From NCBI GenBank assembly GCA_964549075.1, contig CAZJUB010000077.1, positions 1 through 12,273 on the forward strand: a DNA stretch of 12,273 nucleotides, given 5' to 3'. Source of the stretch: an uncultured archaeon (GTDB taxonomy: Archaea > Asgardarchaeota > Heimdallarchaeia > Heimdallarchaeales > Heimdallarchaeaceae). Positions 6,734 to 12,273 of the stretch are shown here, piece by piece. The number at the start of each line of letters is the position of its first letter. Position 1 is the stretch's first letter. The notes beneath the pieces are model-generated. The model was not told the origin of the DNA and made no database searches. It was given only the letters and a program-made list of their open reading frames with translations. Made by a program: the position numbers and the translations under genes.

Positions 6734-8008
6734 ATGAATGTTCAAGACGATACAGATGCTAGTTCTTATATTTCACAGTTAATTGATTCGTTACTAAGAG
6801 GTGAAATTAATCCTAGTGATTTTGGCATTGCAATTAACCACTTCTCTAAAACTATGACGAGAAATCTCTTTCGAGACAGTCTTCCTAGATTTTACTCAAA
6901 TTTACGGTCGAAAAGCACCACTGTCTTCATGCGCTATTTCTTCAATGATGCTGCATACCAAGATAATGATCTATGGAAATTCGTTGATTACAAGGATTTT
7001 TGGGTACAACTCCTTAATTTTCATGATACTGTTTATACTCGTGATATGACTCTAGTTGATGTGTTAAAATTCTTTGAAGAAAATCTTTTTTTCACTAATA
7101 ACCGACCTAATCTGAGTTATCTTGAGCAAAAGGTGATTGAACTGCTAGATCAACAACCTCATCTTCTAAACAAAGATTTAGCTAAAAAATTCAAAGTTTC
7201 TGAAAAAAAAATAAGTAATCTGATGGGTGAACTAAAAAATAAAGGAATCTGTTTAGGTTCTTCAGTGGATTATTTAGCTTTAGATCTCCACGAATTTTTC
7301 ATCTTTGGAAATAGCAGTTTACAGGATGATAGAGCAATCTTATTAAAGAAATATGTTTTATTTCCTGGTTTTACAATTACTTATGGAGTAGCTTCTGAGA
7401 AAATTAATGGCCCCTCAATTTATACTGTATTGAACAAGAAAATCTTGTGTAACACTAAAATTCTCACTATGGGGATCTCTTTAAAAGATTGGAGTAGCCA
7501 TCCTATAAGAAAACCAGAGGTGTCATTACCAGTAAAAGAACAGGAAAGAGCATCTTTCTATCTTACACCAGTAAGTAAAGATTACATACTACAATTAGTT
7601 CGAAATTGTGAAACTGATTTTAGGAGACCCAATATAAAGAAAATAGCAGATCGCTTTGATGTCTCCATTAGAACATTATTTAGAATAAAATCGAAATTAA
7701 AGGATGGGGGTATAATTGTCCCTAGGATTATTTTGGAGAATGAAGAATTAATGTCCTTATTCCTGATATCTGAAAAAGAACTTGTTGAGTTTTACAATAA
7801 GGTTCCTTACATCGAATCCTATGAAGTACAGGATAATGAAGGTAACATTAAATGGTTAACAATTTTATCTATTTTCCCAAATGATTTCAATTTTATATAT
7901 AAAAAAAACAATAAACTAGTAGACATCTTTCAAGTAATTGAAAAAACTATCCTCAATCAAATTATTCATAATGAAGAGACATTATTACAATTAAATCAAA
8001 AAATTTAA
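6734..8008 (+). CDS. Transcriptional regulator with two winged-HTH (Lrp/AsnC-like) modules
   Basis: HTH1 'LSYLEQKVIELLDQQPHLLNKDLAKKFKVSEKKISNLMGELKNKGI' followed by 'VDYLALDL' (Lrp-type linker); HTH2 'NIKKIADRFDVSIRTLFRIKSKLKDGGII'. Extra helical N-terminal domain of about 125 aa. Confidence 0.75.
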   Translation: MNVQDDTDASSYISQLIDSLLRGEINPSDFGIAINHFSKTMTRNLFRDSLPRFYSNLRSKSTTVFMRYFFNDAAYQDNDLWKFVDYKDFWVQLLNFHDTVYTRDMTLVDVLKFFEENLFFTNNRPNLSYLEQKVIELLDQQPHLLNKDLAKKFKVSEKKISNLMGELKNKGICLGSSVDYLALDLHEFFIFGNSSLQDDRAILLKKYVLFPGFTITYGVASEKINGPSIYTVLNKKILCNTKILTMGISLKDWSSHPIRKPEVSLPVKEQERASFYLTPVSKDYILQLVRNCETDFRRPNIKKIADRFDVSIRTLFRIKSKLKDGGIIVPRIILENEELMSLFLISEKELVEFYNKVPYIESYEVQDNEGNIKWLTILSIFPNDFNFIYKKNNKLVDIFQVIEKTILNQIIHNEETLLQLNQKI

Positions 8009-8034
8009 ACAACGAAAAAATGGATGTTTATTAT

Positions 8035-10155
8035 ATGTCAAGTCAACGTTCACTAAAAGAAATAATAGAAATAATCTCTTCAGAAACAAATCTTGGGAAA
8101 GAAGAGATTCATAAGCGTATAAATGATAAGATGGAAGAACTTGGAGAGTTTGTAACTGAACTAGGAGCAGCTCATATCGTTGCAAGAGAGATGAGTGTTG
8201 ACTTGTCTTCTGAACCACCAATTCAAGTACAATCTCAGTTGACAATTGATCAATTAACTCCTGAAATAACAAGTGTTAATGTACTTGGCAGGATTCTAAG
8301 AATCTACGATCAGTATACCTTTAAGAAAAAGGATGGTACTGATGGGATATTGCAATCAATTTTAATCGAAGATAAAACTGGTAAAGTAAGAGTCGTATTT
8401 TGGGATCAGATAGTCTCTGAGTTGCAAAACAAGAATGCTAAAGTTGGAGATCCAATCAGGATTCTAAACGGATACACAAAGCTTGGACGAGATCAATCAA
8501 TAGAAGTACATTTAGGAATACGAAGTCAGGTTCAAATCCGTCCTTCCGGAATTGACGATACCCAACTTCCTGAAGCTCAGTCAACGTTTGTTAAAATAAA
8601 AGACATCAAAGAAAATGAAATTGATTTGTCCTTACATGCAAAGATAACTCAGATGGATGATTTACTAGAGTTTGAAAGATCTGATGGAACTAAAGGAAGA
8701 AAAAAAGGGCTAATTGTAGGTGATGAAACCGGAGAGATTTCCATTAATTTATGGAACGAGAAAGTTGATATTGCTGACAATTTAGCTTTAGGTGATATAA
8801 TTGAAGTAGTAGGTTTGGCAGCTAAAGAGGGACTAAGAGGTTTTATAGAATTGCATTCAAGTAGATATACAAGCATCTCTAAACTTGATAATGTTGACGA
8901 TATTATCGTGAAAAAAGGCTTCATAGGATCAAGTGCTGGAGTTGATTCACAATTAATAACTATAGAAAATATCACTAGTATCGGCAATCTCATTTCTACT
9001 AAAGGTATTATTGTTAATATTGTTCCTATTCATGAATTTACCAGAGATGATGGTTCTCAAGGTAAAGTTAGAAACATCTCAATTTCGGATAATTCTGGCA
9101 TTATAAATGTGGTTTTATGGGATGACAAAACTCAATTGATTAAAACTGAAGACATAAATAAGCTTCTAATTATAAAAAATGGTTATACAAGAAAGGGAAG
9201 GAATGCTGATATCGAAATCCATTGTGGTAATCAAACAATTTTAGATATAAAATCCCCAGATTCTACCGATATAGAGCCACTTGAATTCGATTTTATAGAT
9301 ATCAAAAATATCTCTGATGATATGGAAGAAGTGCATGTACAAGGAGTGATAACTGATTTTTCAGCAGTTCAGGATATTGTTACAAAAAACAATGAAACTA
9401 TTCAATTGAGGAATCTTAGAATTGAAGATCAAACTGCTTCTATCCGTATAACAAGTTGGAGAGATAATGTATCAAAACTTACAGGACTAGCTGTGGGTGA
9501 TACTATAGAACTTTTCAATGCTGCGGTAAAAGAAGATACTGGTTATGGTTTAGAACTACTAATTACACGGAATACCATTGTAAAAAAATCTTCATCTAGT
9601 TCCTCTAATCCTCAAGGATTTGTCTCAAGTTTAACTGTTTCGCCTAAGGAAACCAATCTTGAAAAACTCAAGGATATTGAAGATATAGAAGAAGGTGATG
9701 AGGTTACTATACAAGCAACTGTTATTAAATTAATCGAGAAACAATTTGTGTATCCTTTGTGTCCTGAATGTAAGAAAAAGGTAAAAAAGGAAAATTCTGA
9801 CTATATCTGTTCAGAACATGGAAAAGTAGATGATCCTTTAAATAGAATTCTATTTACATTTATAGCTAATGATGGTACTGGAAATATCAATGTACTTTGT
9901 GCTGGAAAATTAGCTGAAATTGTTTTAGGCGTTTCTGCTGATGATGCAGCACGAATGGTAGAGGAGAGTGAATCAGATAAAGCTCCTTACAATTATCTTA
10001 AATCAAAGAACTTCGTTAATTCAGAACTTATAATAAGTGGTAAAGTCAATAAGAATACTTATCTAGATAGCCTAGAAATAATCGCAAACTCCATTGAAAC
10101 AGTGAAATACTCTGAAGCTACCAAGACAATGATAAATCAAATACATACCAATTAA
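8035..10155 (+). CDS. rpa: Replication protein A large subunit (DUF2240-like N-terminus, five OB folds, zinc finger)
   Basis: N-terminal 'GEFVTELGAAHIVAREM'; repeated OB motifs 'IEDKTGKVRVVFWD', 'VGDETGEISINLWN', 'ISDNSGIINVVLWD', 'IEDQTASIRITSWR', 'ANDGTGNINVLCAG'; zinc ligands 'CPEC...CSEH'. ATG 8035 is preferred over 8020 because TTTAAA at 8004-8009 lies about 26 nt upstream. Confidence 0.93.
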   Translation: MSSQRSLKEIIEIISSETNLGKEEIHKRINDKMEELGEFVTELGAAHIVAREMSVDLSSEPPIQVQSQLTIDQLTPEITSVNVLGRILRIYDQYTFKKKDGTDGILQSILIEDKTGKVRVVFWDQIVSELQNKNAKVGDPIRILNGYTKLGRDQSIEVHLGIRSQVQIRPSGIDDTQLPEAQSTFVKIKDIKENEIDLSLHAKITQMDDLLEFERSDGTKGRKKGLIVGDETGEISINLWNEKVDIADNLALGDIIEVVGLAAKEGLRGFIELHSSRYTSISKLDNVDDIIVKKGFIGSSAGVDSQLITIENITSIGNLISTKGIIVNIVPIHEFTRDDGSQGKVRNISISDNSGIINVVLWDDKTQLIKTEDINKLLIIKNGYTRKGRNADIEIHCGNQTILDIKSPDSTDIEPLEFDFIDIKNISDDMEEVHVQGVITDFSAVQDIVTKNNETIQLRNLRIEDQTASIRITSWRDNVSKLTGLAVGDTIELFNAAVKEDTGYGLELLITRNTIVKKSSSSSSNPQGFVSSLTVSPKETNLEKLKDIEDIEEGDEVTIQATVIKLIEKQFVYPLCPECKKKVKKENSDYICSEHGKVDDPLNRILFTFIANDGTGNINVLCAGKLAEIVLGVSADDAARMVEESESDKAPYNYLKSKNFVNSELIISGKVNKNTYLDSLEIIANSIETVKYSEATKTMINQIHTN

Positions 10156-10177
10156 GAAAGGCGGTTTTGCAATGGGT

Positions 10178-10194
10178 CGAAAAGCTTATTAATA
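10178..10194 (+). promoter_or_regulatory. BRE/TATA promoter of the OST4-like microgene
   Basis: CGAAAAG-CTTATTAATA, a near-consensus archaeal promoter about 28-30 nt before ATG 10222. Confidence 0.7.
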
Positions 10195-10221
10195 AACAAG
10201 AAACTGCTTCAAACGAATAAC

Positions 10222-10332
10222 ATGGATTTCATCGCAATAAGAACTATAGCTATAATTATTATAATCGTGGCAATAATTTTTGCTCTCTTCTATCATGCTT
10301 TTAGTGTTGGTAAAGAAGAAGAAACCACATAA
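10222..10332 (+). CDS. OST4-like 36-aa single-TM microprotein (not in the ORF track)
   Basis: Translates to MDFIAIRTIAIIIIIVAIIFALFYHAFSVGKEEETT*. One TM helix ending in 'YHA', own promoter, and a stop 2 nt from the convergent gene's stop. Length and YH position match Ost4 as recalled. Confidence 0.75.
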   Translation: MDFIAIRTIAIIIIIVAIIFALFYHAFSVGKEEETT

Positions 10333-10334
10333 TT

Positions 10335-12257
10335 CTATATTTCTAGTATCATGCCTTTCCTCTTGTTGTAGATTTTAATTCCTATTGTTAGTATTACTAA
10401 AAGCACACTAGTTGTTATAGCTACAGGAATTATAATATTCGTAAACGAATTACTATTAGAATTTCTACTGCCTACCAAATCAAAGACCAAAATACTACCT
10501 TGTAAAATATCTAAATTAGTAAAGTATGCATATAGACTTGTTACTTCTAATTTGTGTTGCTCAGTAACGTCTCTTTGATTATTTATTATAAGGCTCCAGT
10601 CATACTTGGAGGCGCTATAACTCTCATTGAAGCGATAAATAATAGAGAGATTAGTATATTGTTTTGTATCAGATGTTATTACAAAATGAACCATAATTTC
10701 GCCATCGGTTTCTTCATCAGTTACTTCTAATTCAGGTCCTTCTGTTATAACTATTAATTTGTGATCATCTGTCTCTTCGTTTGCTTGTACTTGCCAGTAA
10801 AATGAATTAGAATCCCACATTACTGGAATTCTTAAATCTGGAGTTTCTATGTATGCATCTAATATTGGAACCATTTCCTCATCAATTCTGTATGTCCATC
10901 TATCGTGACTTATTGAATAATTTATATCATACACTAAAGTTATGTTTGTTGAGATGAGAACATCATCAATACTTCTTTTCGCTCCTACAAGACTATTTTC
11001 AAATTCTATTTCAAAGTTCTCTCTACTTACTATTTGTGTTACTTTGAATAAGGTGCAAGTTATGTTTATGAATAGCTCATCTAAAGGCAATTCTATAATA
11101 AATGAATATAACCCATTTAGTTCTGTTATACCAGTTTTTTGGATGTCTTGATTTATCTCTACAGTAATGGGTGCATATCCAACGGGTTGTCCACTTGATG
11201 TAATATTGAAACTTAAAATATATTCAGCTTGATTCTTATATGGTTCATAATTAAAATCAATGACAATACTACTTTCCTCAATGGTAATATTAACTGATTT
11301 TGATATGCTTGAATGAGTTAGAGATTGTGCTGTAATAACTAGGAGATATTCGCTTTTTGTAAGATAGAACGATGAAAGGTAAATAAAGTAATCTCCATTC
11401 TGCTCAATTGCGGGGATTATCTCCCCTTCAAGATTTGCTTCAACTATTGCATTCTCTATTTCTACATATGGATCTAAAGTCTCGTAGCTTACCCTAATCT
11501 CTTTCATTGCATATTTTGGAATGTTGATTTGTTCCTCAACAGTCATCACTGCAGGTTTTCTTAGAAGGTTTATTGTATCATTTTTATACCCTATGAGGTT
11601 ACCATCGAATATTAACAATGTTATATCTATTATTCCATCTGAAATATAAGGAGGAAACAAAAAAGATATGCTATCATTATTTAGTTCACAGGTTATACCT
11701 ATTACCTCACCTGTATCCCAAAATATGTAGATAGAAGGATTTGATGTAGGATTTTGGAATAAAAGTGAAGCATTTAGAGTTTCAAAAATTACTGTGTTCT
11801 CATACTCTACATCCAAAATATAGTTATTTATTGCAAAATCACATTGAATAGATGTAAAAGGTTCTTGTCTAAGAAGTAAAAGTCTTTTGTAACCATTACC
11901 CAAGTCATTATCTGAAATAACATTAGCACCTATAAGGTTATCAAAATTCAGCCAAACATCCGGGTATGTTATGTTGATGTTATTAATTAACGTATTTAGA
12001 TTAAGCATATTTATCGAATACAAGATTGTGGTTTGATTGTAAAACTCAATTTGCTTTGTACATGTTATTTCAACAATTCCAATTAATCTCATCGAATAGT
12101 TACCTGTAATTGTTCTAGTTGAATTATTATTCCAAAGAATATCATATTAAACTTGTGAATCTTCAACATAAATTATTGCATCAATATATACCGTCCCTGG
12201 TCCTAAAGAAACTACTTGTATGTCATTTATTACATTTATACCAGTATGGCTGAGGTA
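10335..12257 (-). CDS. Large beta-rich surface/extracellular glycoprotein with C-terminal TM anchor; 5'-incomplete or interrupted
   Basis: Ig-like strand patterns, about a dozen sequons, S/N linker, TM helix 'IIIPVAITTSVLLVILTIGI' and basic tail. The ORF-track start at 12092 has no signal peptide. The same frame continues upstream through one TAA (12147-12149) to a TGA at 12258-12260. Confidence 0.7.
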
Positions 12258-12273
12258 TCATGGACTTCCAGGG

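Noticed and set aside
7991-8272. 93-aa Leu-rich minus-strand ORF
   Set aside because: Antisense to the HTH/rpa junction; no independent support.
8649-8993. 114-aa Ser-rich minus-strand ORF
   Set aside because: Antisense shadow of rpa.
9589-9606. Poly-Ser tract in RPA as a microsatellite
   Set aside because: Encoded by mixed Ser codons; an ordinary flexible linker.
10172-10192. 6-codon ORF MGRKAY after rpa
   Set aside because: Coincides with the BRE/TATA of the OST4-like gene and is better explained as promoter sequence.
10942-11151. 69-aa plus-strand ORF
   Set aside because: Antisense shadow of the surface-protein gene.
12147-12149. Sec/Pyl or genetic-code readthrough
   Set aside because: The codon is TAA, not TGA or TAG, and TAA terminates many genes in this window.
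1-12273. CRISPR array, rRNA or IS element
   Set aside because: No regularly spaced repeats, rRNA-like sequence or transposase motifs were seen by eye.

Overview
Low-GC (about 30% by eye), gene-dense archaeal DNA. Gene content (roadblock/LC7, OSTC/DC2-like, PCI/winged-helix tandem protein, DUF2240-type multi-OB RPA, BRE/TATA promoters) points to an Asgard archaeon; a Heimdallarchaeia-like lineage is an inference. In order: a minus-strand KaiC-like ATPase / roadblock / FIST operon (FIST cut short at the left edge), a tandem winged-helix protein resembling DDRGK1/UFL1, an OSTC/DC2-like subunit, a RadB-like paralogue, a small membrane protein, nadE, tRNA-Thr(GGT), a GIFT-domain type I membrane protein, a double-HTH regulator, RPA, a 36-aa OST4-like microprotein missing from the ORF track, and a large surface glycoprotein whose frame is broken near the right edge. 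The most notable signal is several genes resembling eukaryotic ER translocon / N-glycosylation partners within about 8 kb. All homology calls come from motif recognition and remembered sequences, not database searches. Both window ends look like unreliable contig ends.
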